DNA of 64,000 nucleotides from Macrostomum lignano (GCA_002269645.1 NIVC01002059.1:186001-250000); one strand, 5' to 3'; counted from the first letter of the stretch, positions 23,045 through 41,307 are shown. Numbers and translations are program-made. The notes: generated by a model not told the origin, from the sequence alone.

Positions 23045-23810
23045 CGCTAACAGTTGCTGGCATTGAATCTTTCAGTGAGTGTAGAGATCGAGAGACCGAC
23101 AATTGCTTCGCCTCCGCCAACAACTTGGAATTATTAAACTTTGAATTGCCGCAGTTCTGCAGCTCGGGTTTCAGGAAAAAACTTTTCTAACCCTTTGGCG
23201 CCAGGCTTTGCACCGGATTTCGCCCGAGATGCCCTCCGAGTGCGGCATGCATTCTTATAAGTGCGCCATAGGGGGGGGTTGCTGTCTTTTGGCACCATGG
23301 GGCGAGCAGCGGTAGAATTCATAGCTGGGGGACAGGGCAAAGAGCAGCACAGTCAGAGACGTCCGACGGACAGGTTCAATTAATTCATTTTGTATTCAAA
23401 GCATGCGAGTGCCAACCCGAGCGTAACAGCTAACAGAATAGAATGGCGATAAACTCTATTGGAACAATAAGTGTTGTTGGCGCGCAGAGAGGCACAGAGG
23501 CTACAGTGCAGCGCACTCATGGATGCGGAGAGAGATGAGGCAGAAGCCTATTTTCCCAGCAAAGCAGAGCAGTGAGGCAGGGACAGCGAAGCAAGCTCAG
23601 TCCATATGATTACTCGGCTGCAGATGGCTATGCCTGCTGCTCAAGATCTGCATAATTAAAGGAAAGGAGACAACTCAGCTTAGGGATGGATTATAATTAT
23701 AGCACACACGTGACCGTCCTCTTCAACAATCAGCTTTCCCTTCTGTATATTCTACTATAGAGAGCGCAAGAAAACTGAAAAAAAAACACAGGATTCGAAA
23801 AAACCGTCTG

Positions 23811-24415
23811 CATGGGCGTCGCCATGGATTTTATGGTGGGGGACAAAGCCAAGAATTCTACATGCACATGTACATGACTAAATTCCTACATGTACCCCTT
23901 TCCTACCTTTGAGTCGGTGTTATCAGTGCTCATTTTAGCGCCGCAGGCACTCATTTTAGCGCCGCAGGCACTCATTTTAGCGCCGCAGGCACTCGTTTTG
24001 GCGCCGCAGGCACTCATTTTAGCGCCGCAGGCACTCATTTTAGCGCCACAGGCACTCATTTTAGCGCCACAGGCACTCATTTTAGCGCCACAGGCACTCG
24101 TTTTGGCGCCGCAGGCACTCATTTCAGCGCCACAGGCACTCATTTCAGCGCCACAGGCACTCGTTTTGGCGCCGCAGGCACTCATTTTAGCGCCGCAGGC
24201 ACTCGTTTTGGCGCCGCAGGCACTCATTTCAGCGCCACAGGCACTCATTTTAGCGCCACAGGCACTCATTTCAGCGCCATAGGCACTCGTTTTGGGGCCG
24301 CGGGTGCTCTATTTTGTCACTCTGAAGCAAAACTATTGATTTCCATAACAGGTCACAAGGGTGGAGGGAACAAGCCCCAGCTCCCCCAGCTGTCCCTCCG
24401 AAGGCGACGCGCCTG
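23811..24415. mobile_element. hAT-like MITE with an internal 21-bp minisatellite (copy 1)
   Basis: Ends CATGGGCGTC...GACGCGCCTG; degenerate 8-bp flanks ACCGTCTG/GCTGTCTG; homologous inverted copy at 53074-53793. Confidence 0.75.
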
Positions 24416-24698
24416 GCTGTCTGTAATTTTAAATAAATACTTGTCTTAAAGCCTAATCAATGCTTTGCAGCTCTCACAGACTAACACTACGCTCGTAGCT
24501 TGTAAATTTTATAGATATATCGAAACAAAAATTGAAAGTGGCCAAATCGCTAGGTACTGAAATTGATGGAGAATGACAACACACTATTTTCTAGTTGCTT
24601 TTCACCTAATAATAGTTAAATAGTTAACAGCAAGAGCGGGCAATGCGAAGACTTAAGAAGTAGACTTTCGTATAGTTCAAGCGAGGTTAGTAGTACAT

Positions 24699-25165
24699 TA
24701 ATACCCATGCTTTAAGGGCGTTAATGGGAAAATCAGAGGGCGCCGTTAGGACAAGGCGCCCGAGGATTTCTCATTAACGCCCGCAAAGCATGGGTATTAC
24801 TATCATTGTTTAGCAATTTGACGATCATTATTCACATTTTTAATGCAGAACAATACATTACTACAAACAATGTATTGCCTGTAGGATCGTCAAACAGAAA
24901 AACAATGCAAAGAATCAGCGGTCCCAGTGCGTGACAACGATTGTCTGGCGAGCGCCGTTATTTATCCATTAACTGCCCGCTAATTTGCATTAAAGTAAGT
25001 GTGACTCCTGCAAGCGGGCTTCAATGTAGTTTATGGCATTAAAAGGCAAGAATAAGTGCCCAGCGGGCACAAAGGTCATGGTACAATGGAGGAATCCAGC
25101 ACGCTGACGAGTGCGTCAATGGCTGAAACACGAGTGCGCGTAGCGCACGAGGGTTTTTGCCATAG
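24699..25165. mobile_element. Hairpin-bounded non-autonomous repeat
   Basis: 100-nt hairpin at 24699-24799 and a GCGTAGC-capped hairpin at 25119-25163. Body 24800-24950 is homologous to 30480-30640. Confidence 0.5.
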
Positions 25166-25190
25166 ACGCACAAGTCAAAGTGCTTGATTC

Positions 25191-25503
25191 CCATTCTTAT
25201 TTGATCCAACATGTGTGGCTAAAGTAGACAAGGGTGGAGCTGGGGTGTGGAGTTAGACTTGAACCATAGACAAAATATGCGCGAGCTAGTCTGAACATTC
25301 TTGCACGATGGAAAGAAGATTATGCTTGTAGTCTATGGCTGTTATGCTAAATATAGAAACATTGCGCATTACATTCTTGCACGATTGACATTCCTGCACG
25401 GAGTGCACATGTAAATCCAAGGTGCTTTTACCATAGACACTTGCATTTCTGCACGCATATGGCGACTTCCAAAGCATTCTTGCACGCTGGATCAAATAAG
25501 AAT
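25191..25503. mobile_element. Small MITE with a 17-bp TIR
   Basis: CATTCTTATTTGATCCA (25191-25207) and TGGATCAAATAAGAATG (25487-25503). No clear TSD. Confidence 0.5.
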
Positions 25504-26450
25504 GCCTATAATAGTTGCCTCAACCCAGCTACTGGTAATGCTTGGCTTTGTGACAAAAAGCTTCCTGACAAACTTCTATCGATCGATCGCTACATGTCTA
25601 TGGCCTTTAGCTAAACTGGCACCATAGAACCCTCTGCTTCCTCGCAAAGTTCCATGACAACGAGAAATAAATCAATTTAAGGACGAGTTTAAGGCCTAGA
25701 TAGCCAAGTTGGACATAAACTACTTGAGTCATTTTGTCGTCAATTATATTCGAACAGGACTCATCAGGACTTAACACTGGCTAAGAGATAAAAAACTAAA
25801 TAGATAAATGTATCCAGATATACATTTTAAATTGCACTCTGCCATCGTTAGCACGCGTTTTGTCCAAATTGGCGTCGTAAGCTTAAATTCAGAAGAAAAG
25901 TGCTTCCAATCCAGGTCACACCCTGTCCACTCGGCATAGAAGTCCATGCTGAGATTTTAGCGAACCAACTAAAAAACGTTAAGACAATTTGTTTATTAGG
26001 CAGCCATAGCAAGAGCGCTGCGGGACAAAAAACCGCGCCTCTTCAATTGAAACCACAGTGTTCACACCTTCATTCACAGCCCACCTGCAGAGCAAACTGT
26101 GAAGCAAAGCAAGAAGAAAAACCCAATTAAATTGTTATCTAATTAAACTAAACCTAGCAGACCATAAGCTCAGCAGACAAAGCAGACTTTATTCTCATTG
26201 AAATAAAATAAAACAACCTAAAAGCAAATTTTTATACAGAATGTTATTTAGAAGTGGGGCAAGACTGATTGCGAAACACGGAGAGTAATTTAGCTTGCAA
26301 CGTTTTAAGCTAATTATCCGTTGCTATTATTATTATTTAAATGATCATGCACTCGCTTTACAGGAAGCCACAACAAAGGTTAAGGGTTAGCGAATTCGGG
26401 ATAATCTAATTAGCTTGAAACAAAGCAAATTGCGCAGCATTTGCCCCGCC

Positions 26451-26897
26451 CACAGATACGAGAATAACTAAATGGACCACTCCGCACATTTGCATGTAAG
26501 CTACTTTCAGGTCAGTAGCAAGTTAAACTGAAGCATTTTAATGTATTTTTAAAGCCAAGGCTCATTTTATTGGCTCTTACCCCTTCCCCCCCAGCTTCAA
26601 GCCTCCAACCGCGACTTTCCACACTACCCCCGCCCCGCCCCAATTTTTATTGCCTTTCTCGGAATTCCAGCCTAAAGCTGCCATGTACATTTCAGCGGAC
26701 TGGCTAATGTACATTATTGCTGAACCAAATAGCAAGTTGCTTACGCCTGCAAGCTTGGGCTGCTAAACTTATCAAATTCATTTCAGCTGGCCTTTTTTAT
26801 AAAATAGCCTTTGTATTCTTCTTTGCTACTGAACTGAAAGTAGAACGCTGTTTTACTTGCCTGTGGCCCATCCAGTTATTCTACAATAGTATCTGTG
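26451..26897. mobile_element. hAT-like MITE, CACAGATAC family (copy 1)
   Basis: TIR CACAGATAC..AGAATAAC; about 440 bp homologous to the inverted copy at 50968-51410; TSD degenerate. Confidence 0.75.
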
Positions 26898-27266
26898 GCC
26901 GCCTAAGCAGGATACGATTAACTGTGTAAAAAGCAAGTAAGATATGCTTTTAATCAGACTTGAGGATATGCGCTGGATGCAATGGGAACATTAAATATAA
27001 TATATAGAAAACACTGACAAAGCAGAAAAATACAAACTCCCCAAGCATTAGTAAGTGAGAAAATTGCTAACAATGACTGGGGCACTACTAAGAGGGCTGT
27101 AGACATAAAAAATAACAATTTTTTAACGCACAACAATTCAAGTGAAAGATGATTGCGTCACACAGAACTAAAGGGAACACGTTTCAGAGTTTAATCAGAC
27201 AGAAACAAACAAACCAAGCGACACAGAACAAGTTTTTGTTATAAACAACAAGTTACAATGAATCTT

Positions 27267-33160
<5,894 letters not shown>

Positions 33161-33473
33161 TGTGGTTGAAGTTTATTATAGAATATCAATACCAATATGT
33201 TAATAAGACTTATCTAGTACTATTTTAAAAAACAAAAAGTTTATGCAGTGTACTACTAGGTCTTCCAAAACTGCAAGCAGCCAAAAGGTGAGCCTAAAGT
33301 CTCTAAAAGGCGTTTACTGTTTTCTAAAATTCTGCCTTAATAAATATTTTTTATCAACTAAGACAGACAGACGAAGACAGTAGAGAACGTACTATAAGTA
33401 AAACTCTGTAGTTAGCAATGTTTTTGAAAGTTTTTATCAGTAGTTCCTAGAAAAAATAAAACAAGACATAATT

Positions 33474-36400
33474 GGGTCGTTCTCAAAGCTAGGTCACAAC
33501 TTTTTGTTATTGCAAAAAAAGTTTATACATCGACCAATAATCGTACAAAAAAAATTCTTTCGACAATTTCTGTAAGAAGCTGCTACTAAAACCACAAGAA
33601 AACTTGAAATTGACAAGAAATCAAGGCTATTTGTTATTCTTTGTTGCGGAAAATAAACGACAAAAATATTAAAGAGAAAATAAAATTTTCTTCTATTTTT
33701 ATTTTAAATATGCAGTTAAATTTCTTTTGCAAAAATAAAAGAACAAGAAATTGACAAAGGAAATGTTTTTGAGCACAGCATTTTGTTACTCTGCTCTAAA
33801 TCCCAGACATTTAAAATTATCGTGTGCGAAAAAGTGCGAAATTATTATAGCATGCACTCGAAAGGACTTCGATCAGTTTAACTAATCACTGAATTAAGAA
33901 GTCTAAATAAGTCTTGAAAGGTTGAATTAAAAATCAAGTTTTCACTATGTATCTTTTCAAAGTTAAGATGATTCGACAAATAAAGAATGTTCATTTTTAT
34001 GGTTAATAGAATTGTTTTCATTTTTACATTAAATATAATAAAATCTAACTAATAATAGAAAAAGTCAGGGAACTATCCTTGAACACCAAAAAGCACATTG
34101 TGGATTTAATATCGACTGCATGTTCCTTAATAAAGGAATTCGGATACTAGTATATATTTGATTATTTGTAGCATAATTTCTGAAAACTATAACTTGCTTG
34201 ATTTTACTTTAAGTACTTATTACATTAATACTTATACCAAAGCTACATGTACTTAAAATAAAAAATTATAGTTACTTATTAGACATTTTACTCCAATTAA
34301 CTTAAAATAATTCAAATTTATTTTAATTAATTCATTTTTTGAAACTTTTTGGAAAATAGACAAAATTGAATTATTTAATTACCAAAAACCTACTAGCTTA
34401 ACTAAAATAGCAATTAGTCTTTAAGAAAAGATTTCACTTGTTAATTGAGAAAAATGAGGATGTGCGAGGTGTAAAAATGCGAAAGAGCATGCAGGAAACA
34501 GAGACAAACAAAAATGTAGGTAAAAGACACTGCACATGCACATAATATGATAACCAGACATAATGCGCACACTGAAACACCAGTAGCAATGACGCCCAAG
34601 CTTTTGATGATCACAAGTGAAAAGGCAAAACCCAGCCATCTAATCAAAGAAGTAGACTATAGCACGCATATTGAGTGCATCACGCATTTTTTGCAGAGAA
34701 GCTCGAAAATTAACATTGTATTCTGTGCACAACCACCAACTGCGACAGGGTCTGCCGGGGGATTTGTGGGCACGCGGTCGCGGATACAAATCGGAGGAGT
34801 CGCTGACCATTCTGAAATTACTAGCTAGCACATGTAATTTTGTGTATTAATATTTTTTAGCCCGCTTTATTTCTATGCTCTCGTCCGCCTCTCGTTAATG
34901 CATCCCCAGACTCATGCAAAAATTAAACTTATGATCGAACTATGCATGGCTTCCGTCCCTCGCTTTGAATCTCTCACCTCCCCATAGTTCCATCAACCTT
35001 ACCGTAGTGGCTTCCTATGCAAAAATCATCCCTCCGCATCTTACACAGGCTACTTCAGGCTGTAGACTGTACTACACTATTAATTAGTTGCGCTAAAGAA
35101 TCTACATGTATTTTGATCGCAGCGCAGCGCGCTGCTCAAAGAAGTTTAGATCTATCTAGATATTCTAGTAATTTCAGGTTTGTCCATAGACTAGAGCTCA
35201 TGAGATGAGAATTCCATTAACTAGTACATTTAATATGAATGAACTGCGTGTGTGTGTGCTGTGCATACATATGTATAATATACGAGTAGTTTATGGGCCA
35301 AATTATTGTGTGGCACAATTCTTGGCATCACTCAGCAGGCACAAGATGCAGTTAAGCAGCGCACGAAAATTCTACAAAAGAAATTGAGCCTGGTTGAGGT
35401 GATGCGAGGAGGCAGATCCACACAATCTCAGTGAATACACCAGACTGCACCAGATACGAGTCCAGTCGAATGTGCGCACTGGTCTAAGCAGCACACGCAT
35501 GTCCTTCTGACAATGACGGCACCTAGCTTCGTCCAAGCCTTTGCCAGCGTCACTGACAGCGTCAATACTACCATGCAGTGCCACCTGCAGCACCGACAAC
35601 GGCAATTCCTCCAGTTAGCCCACAACAGTGGCTAAACTGAGGGACAGGGAACCTACCCACAGAAGACACACACATACACACACAGCACCGGCAGCAGCAC
35701 TCTGACAGCATAACCTAAAGCTCCATGAGCTCAGTTTTCAAGCATTGAAGAAGCAGAAGCAGTCATCTTGGATCCAGGGATCAGGAAGAGTGTTGCATGT
35801 CCGACATGTGCTGTTTCCGTGGCAAAAGGTGATGGAGCAAATTAATCAACACTTACTATCTAGCTCGTATTAAGACTAAAAAACTGAGGCAAGCTGGGAT
35901 TAAACTAAAGAAAATTTTTTACTATACTTTTTTACCATACTTTTACTATACTTCTATAGTATAGTAGAGAGGTACTCTATTTAAATGCAGTAAGAAGTGA
36001 AACAAATTTATATATTTAATTATTAAATTAAATTAATTCAAGGTAAATAACTAATTTAACCAATTTATTAGGAGTATTTATTATTATAATAAAGTGATTT
36101 TTATACCTTACACGAAATAAGCTCTACATTCATTTCTTAGCTTGGGGCCCATCTGTATAAGGTCAGTTTCTTCAAAATGCTGATTAATTAATTAAGGCCT
36201 GTTGTCTTTACTTAAATTTATAAGGGCATCTTAGAAGTTAATATTACTATATAATACAGGTATAATAGTATTACTATATTATAATAATATAGTTGCAATT
36301 TTAATGACTATTGAATAAGTTTAAATGCTTCCCCTATTGACTCTAAATATATGGTATCTTTCCCTTCAGAAAAAATTAGCATAGAATGACTTGATGAAAA

Positions 36401-37274
36401 CAAAAAAAATCATTTCGAGATACACATTTGCTGATCATTCAGGTCAAATTTCAAGGTCCAGTTTTGCACATGTTTCTCTGTAGCTTGGTTACAAGGATTT
36501 TAATAAAAATATAATAAATATGTCCAATGAACTAACTGATACATAGCCAAATTGAAGTATTTTCAAAAACAAAAAAAATCATTTGCTCAGTTTACTTTAC
36601 TGGATATCTGTGTAAAATTTCAGCTCAAAAGGTGCTCCATGGAGAATGCTAGTGTGGTTACAGGATATTTATTTTGTGCTTCAAAGTAGGAGTTAATTGC
36701 GATGCATGGTTGCTTTTAATTATTTTTATCAATAATAGTGCTCTATTTCATAACAATTTTTTACAAAAAGATAATAAGACATGTTTTTCTAATTATCTGC
36801 ATCAAAATGTATCATTTTAAGCGCACATTCTAGACGTCAGCTGAAAAATACATTTTGTGAGACGCAAAGAGGCTATCCCACCGGAAATGCTAGGCGTCCA
36901 GTTAAGCGTCTATAAAATCATTTATAGTGCAGTTTATTGAGCTTTAAAAAATTCTTAAATTAAATTTATATAAGCTTTAATTTTAAATGTAATATAGCAA
37001 GGTTTCAACACAACAACAACTTGTTTTAGCTACAGACATCTTGTAGTATCAAAAATTAACATCGGTGAAATGATTGAATTTGAATTTTTTCATCGCTAAT
37101 TATCGCTTAATACCGCCAGATGATTAAAAACACTTTTGCATGATAAAGTTCAACCCAAAAATTATCTTTATTCACAGATAAAAGTGTCCTATTATTTTGA
37201 ATATGGCAGTAACAATAGTAAATGTTCGGAAAATTGTTAAAATTTTTGCTCCTTCTAGAATTTGCGAACGACCC
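33474..37274. mobile_element. Non-autonomous Sola2-like DNA transposon (3.8 kb)
   Basis: Left end GGGTCGTTCTCAAA (33474); right end TTTGCGAACGACCC (37261-37274, 13/14 match); 4-bp TSD AATT on both sides (33470-73, 37275-78). No long ORF. Confidence 0.8.
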
Positions 37275-38139
37275 AATTATTAATAATGAAAACAACAGTT
37301 AATTTTTTTTTGAAAATAAATATTTAAATTTTAAATTTTAACATTTTTGATAAATAACTTTGTAAAAATTTTGTTTAACTTTAAAAAATTAAAACAAAAG
37401 CTGTTCTTAACAGCTCCTAAATAGATTTGTTTACAAAGTCAACCCTCTTTGCTTTCAAAATATTTTTCAGAACTTTTGAACGGGTCGTTCTCAAAATCAG
37501 GAATTACGCGATAAAACAAGAAAAAAAAATTTTCGACCCTGAACCAGCCTTTCATGCAAAACAAGCAACAGGGTAAACGTAGCTGTTGAAAGAAAAGTAC
37601 TTTATTTATCATTCGAAACAGTGAAATTGGTACGGTTGTCAAAGCAACTGACTACTGAGTCATTTTATCAATTTAATATTTCCATTTCTTCGATGTAACG
37701 CTAAGACGGTGTCATGTTTTGTGAAAAAATTCAATGGGAAAGAAACATCAGAAATAAACTATTTTGCACAGGAAGGAAGAAAAGAACATTAGAATTTGCT
37801 TCTTATTAAAGAATGACTGCTTAGTGATTTGTTCCTTGACTTAAACACAATCTTTCATCACTTAAACGCATCACTGTTCTAGTTACTAGCAGTTGAATTG
37901 TACAAATATATTGCTAGTTTTTTAGGTGAAAGCAATGCATATGGCGTCTTTTGGCGTTTTTTTGTGCCTTATAATGTGATCTTTGTATTTGTGATGTTTT
38001 TATATGGATTAGTGCACCACAGTTGTTGCAATATTTTTTTATACAATTAATTGCTACTAAGACAGGCACAAGCCAATAAACGTTGGGACCACAGTTTTGC
38101 AACACTGGAATAAGATAATGACCAAAAAAAGGAGTAAAG

Positions 38140-38512
38140 TGGAGAACTGGGTGTCTTACAGGAGCATTTTTGTGCTTTTTTAAATACATTGCCTCTGAGC
38201 CCCACAATTAAGCAGAGCATCTGAAAAACATGCACTTTTGCATGTGTCAAAACGTTGGGACTGCCATCATGGGTCACTGAAAGAACTGATTGGGCCGAAT
38301 TTTTTGGAGAGTGTTAGACTAGGTGTCTTATGGGAGCATTTTTTGCATTTTTAAATACATTGCCTCTGAGCCCCACAATTAAGTAAAACATCTGAAAAAA
38401 CATGCACTTTTGCATATGTCAAACCATTGGGACTGCCATCATGGGTCACTGAAAGAACTGATTGGGCTGAATTTTTTGGAGAATGTTTTACTAGGTGTTG
38501 TGTAGGAGCATT
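38140..38512. repeat. 172-bp tandem duplication inside the transposon
   Basis: GGAGCATT anchors at 38161, 38333 and 38505, with high identity between units. Confidence 0.9.
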
Positions 38513-39027
38513 AATTTTTTAAAAGAAAATATTGCATATAAGCCACACAAAATATGTTAACAATTTAGAAACCAGGCAATACATACAAACTGTAATTTAT
38601 GAGTAAGGGATTCAGTAGCATTTTAAACTTGAAATTAAAATTGATGTTTTAAATTAGATATTAGATCTCAATGACTGAAAGAATATGAATCAAGTGGCTT
38701 TATTTGTAGAAATTGGTCCATCAAAAAAAGTTTTGGCCATTTGGAAAATTTTACTTTGAAATGTACAGTTTCTTGCAAAAAATCCTGAATTTTGTGTCCC
38801 AATAAGCAAGTAGCTATTGGCATTATTTAAATGAAAGATACAGTTTAGACTCTATGCAGATTTAGCACAAAATAGACTGCAAAATTTGGATATCATTTTT
38901 GAAGCTTTTCCACTAGGTCCTACTGGCAGTTGAGGCATCTAATAGTGACATTGCTGGGTTTGTTGCCCCTAGTAACATCTAAGTGATTCCCAATCACATG
39001 ATTGTCCAAATTACACTGCAGCTGTAA

Positions 39028-41190
39028 TTGCTTGAAATGACTGCAAAACACAAAAATTCCCACCATCTGTTTCAAGCAATGCCGTTCAAGCCGACTGAAC
39101 GACAAAAGCGGCGTGAAAAGAGGAAAAAATATATTAAAACAAATTTTGGCTCCCACAGTAGCTACCTAGAGCACATGCGGCGGCAACAGCAGAAGTATAG
39201 GGACAAAGGCAATCGCAAGGACAAGGCAGGGTCCAGCACTTCGGCAGAGATCCCCCAGCGATCCTTGGCAAGATCGGCAGCGGCGTTCAAGCGGGAGAAT
39301 GCCAAGCTAAAGGCCAGGGTGCACCTGCTTGAGACTGCTGCCAAGCAGCGCAAGACAAGCAAAACCTGCCTGCGAGTGAAACTTCACCGCGCGAATAAGG
39401 AATTGGCGGCAAAAAGTTGCCGGCTTCAGACTTTCACCAACATAGCTAGCCATGTGAAGAGAGCGCTGCAGTCAGTCAGACGGTTCAATAACACCCGGCG
39501 AGTAATCAAGGCTGCCTGTCTAAACGCCCACGAGGCAGGACGGAAGGCCGTCATGGCCTTCTTTGGCGCCTCCGCGAAGATCTTGAAGCAGCCGAGAGCG
39601 CCGAAGATAAATCTGCTTGTGAGCGTCGTCCAGGAGTACTTTTGCCAGGACGAAAACTCGCGGGCCACCTCCTCCCGGAAGGATTGCATCTCCAAGAGAT
39701 TTGGCGAGGAGAAGGAGACAAAGCAGAAGCGTTATCTCCTGAGCTCAGTCTCCCTGCTCCATGCAAAGTTCCTTTGGGAGTATCCTGGTGTGAAGATCAG
39801 CCGGGCAACATTTAACCGCTGGAAGCCATGGTATGTCAAGAGGGCTCGTCTGTGTGACCGAGACATGTGTATGTGCATAAAGTGCACTAACACGGAGTCC
39901 TTAATCAAAGGCATGCACATTGCTGGACTTCTTCACAGCCACCACATTACTAAAGTGTTGAATGAAATGGTCTGCGACATGGAATACGCTGACTGCCTGC
40001 TGCGCAAATGCGACGAGTGCCGTCGCAAGTCATTTGTAGTCACGGAGACAGCTGAGGCTGAGCCACAGGTTGTGTACCGCGTTTGGAAGCCTCGGACAGA
40101 TGGACGCAGCGGCTTGGATGTGGTCAAAGAGACGGCATCATGCAAGACGGCTATCAGCATGCTGATGGTGCAACTAGTCGACTTTGCGGGCCACTTTATG
40201 CGGATGCGGAACCAGTATCGTGCAATCCGCCAGGTTAAGGATACTCTGCAGCCGGGACAGCTCCTGTTGCACATAGACTTATCCGAAAACTATACGGCGA
40301 AGTACCACAAAGAGGTACAGGCGGCGCACTTTGGCGACAAGGATCAGGTGGTGCTTCATCAAGGCGTGGCCTACATGGCTGGACATCAACCTTGCTCATT
40401 CGCAACGGTATCAGGAGAGAGGAGTAAGACGGCGGAGGCCATCGCCGCTCATCTACAACCAGTCCTTCGCCACTTTAAGGAGAAGCACGATGTCGATAAG
40501 GACGCCTTTAGCCAACTGGACCAGATCGTCATCGTCTCTGATTCGCCATCCAGCCAGTATAGAAATCGCAAGATGGTTTTCTTATTCGACCGCCTGATGA
40601 AGATCATGAGGGTGTCAAGCTGGCGTTGGATCTACACAGAGGCCGGACACGGCAAGGGTGCTGCGGATGGAGTTGGAGCGGCTATCAAACGCCGCTGCGA
40701 TGAAGTCGTGGCTAGCCGGCAGGACGTTGTAACACCTCAGGATGTTATGGAAGCCGTCAGATCGGGTAGCCCTCTGCACATACTCACATGGTTGGTTCAG
40801 CCAGAGGACATGAACTATTTCACAAGCATCATCACCTTCGTAGGTGAGGACCTCTGCGGCATGCCAGGCTCGAAGTCGATGCACGACGTCTCAAGGACTG
40901 ATGGTGGGCCGATCACTTACCGTCAGCTGTCCTGCATGTGCCCTGGTACAGCAGTAGCCTGCCCATGCCACGAGATGAAAGTGTGGGCGCCGCTGATGCT
41001 GCCGGAGGCGCCAGCTCCTGATACTGCAACGAGTGGACTCGGATGTGGGCGTGGAGGTGGACGTGGACGCCGAGGTGGACGAGGACGCGGAGGTGGACGC
41101 CGAGGTGGACGAGGACGCGGAGGTGGACGTGGACGTGCAAGTGGTGATGAAAAGGCGCTGCTCCCTTATGACTTTTACAACGAACCTTAG
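39028..41190 (+). CDS. DDD/E transposase, Sola2-like (about 703 aa from ATG 39079), with a C-terminal RGG tract
   Basis: Motifs RWKPWYV, CxCxxC, HIDLSENY, QVVLH, IVSDSPSSQYRN and EAGHGKGAADGVGAAIKR; no stops; lies within TIRs and TSD. The transposase call is solid; the subfamily is less certain. Confidence 0.85.
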   Translation: MLEMTAKHKNSHHLFQAMPFKPTERQKRREKRKKYIKTNFGSHSSYLEHMRRQQQKYRDKGNRKDKAGSSTSAEIPQRSLARSAAAFKRENAKLKARVHLLETAAKQRKTSKTCLRVKLHRANKELAAKSCRLQTFTNIASHVKRALQSVRRFNNTRRVIKAACLNAHEAGRKAVMAFFGASAKILKQPRAPKINLLVSVVQEYFCQDENSRATSSRKDCISKRFGEEKETKQKRYLLSSVSLLHAKFLWEYPGVKISRATFNRWKPWYVKRARLCDRDMCMCIKCTNTESLIKGMHIAGLLHSHHITKVLNEMVCDMEYADCLLRKCDECRRKSFVVTETAEAEPQVVYRVWKPRTDGRSGLDVVKETASCKTAISMLMVQLVDFAGHFMRMRNQYRAIRQVKDTLQPGQLLLHIDLSENYTAKYHKEVQAAHFGDKDQVVLHQGVAYMAGHQPCSFATVSGERSKTAEAIAAHLQPVLRHFKEKHDVDKDAFSQLDQIVIVSDSPSSQYRNRKMVFLFDRLMKIMRVSSWRWIYTEAGHGKGAADGVGAAIKRRCDEVVASRQDVVTPQDVMEAVRSGSPLHILTWLVQPEDMNYFTSIITFVGEDLCGMPGSKSMHDVSRTDGGPITYRQLSCMCPGTAVACPCHEMKVWAPLMLPEAPAPDTATSGLGCGRGGGRGRRGGRGRGGGRRGGRGRGGGRGRASGDEKALLPYDFYNEP

Positions 41191-41307
41191 GTAGCTCATC
41201 TCAGCTCTCTAACTATCCTAGGCTATATATCCTATATACTAAAAATGAAATCCTATCCTAATTGTACGTGCTATATACCATTAAAGTAGGGGTTGATTTG
41301 CTCACAT

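Noticed and set aside
23886-24282. MSACGAK-repeat ORFs here and at 53243-53707
   Set aside because: They are translations of the 21-bp array inside a MITE, with no coding evidence.
25740-25775. Hammerhead-like CTGATGAGTCC on the minus strand
   Set aside because: It is followed by CGAAT rather than GAAA, and helices I and III cannot be formed.
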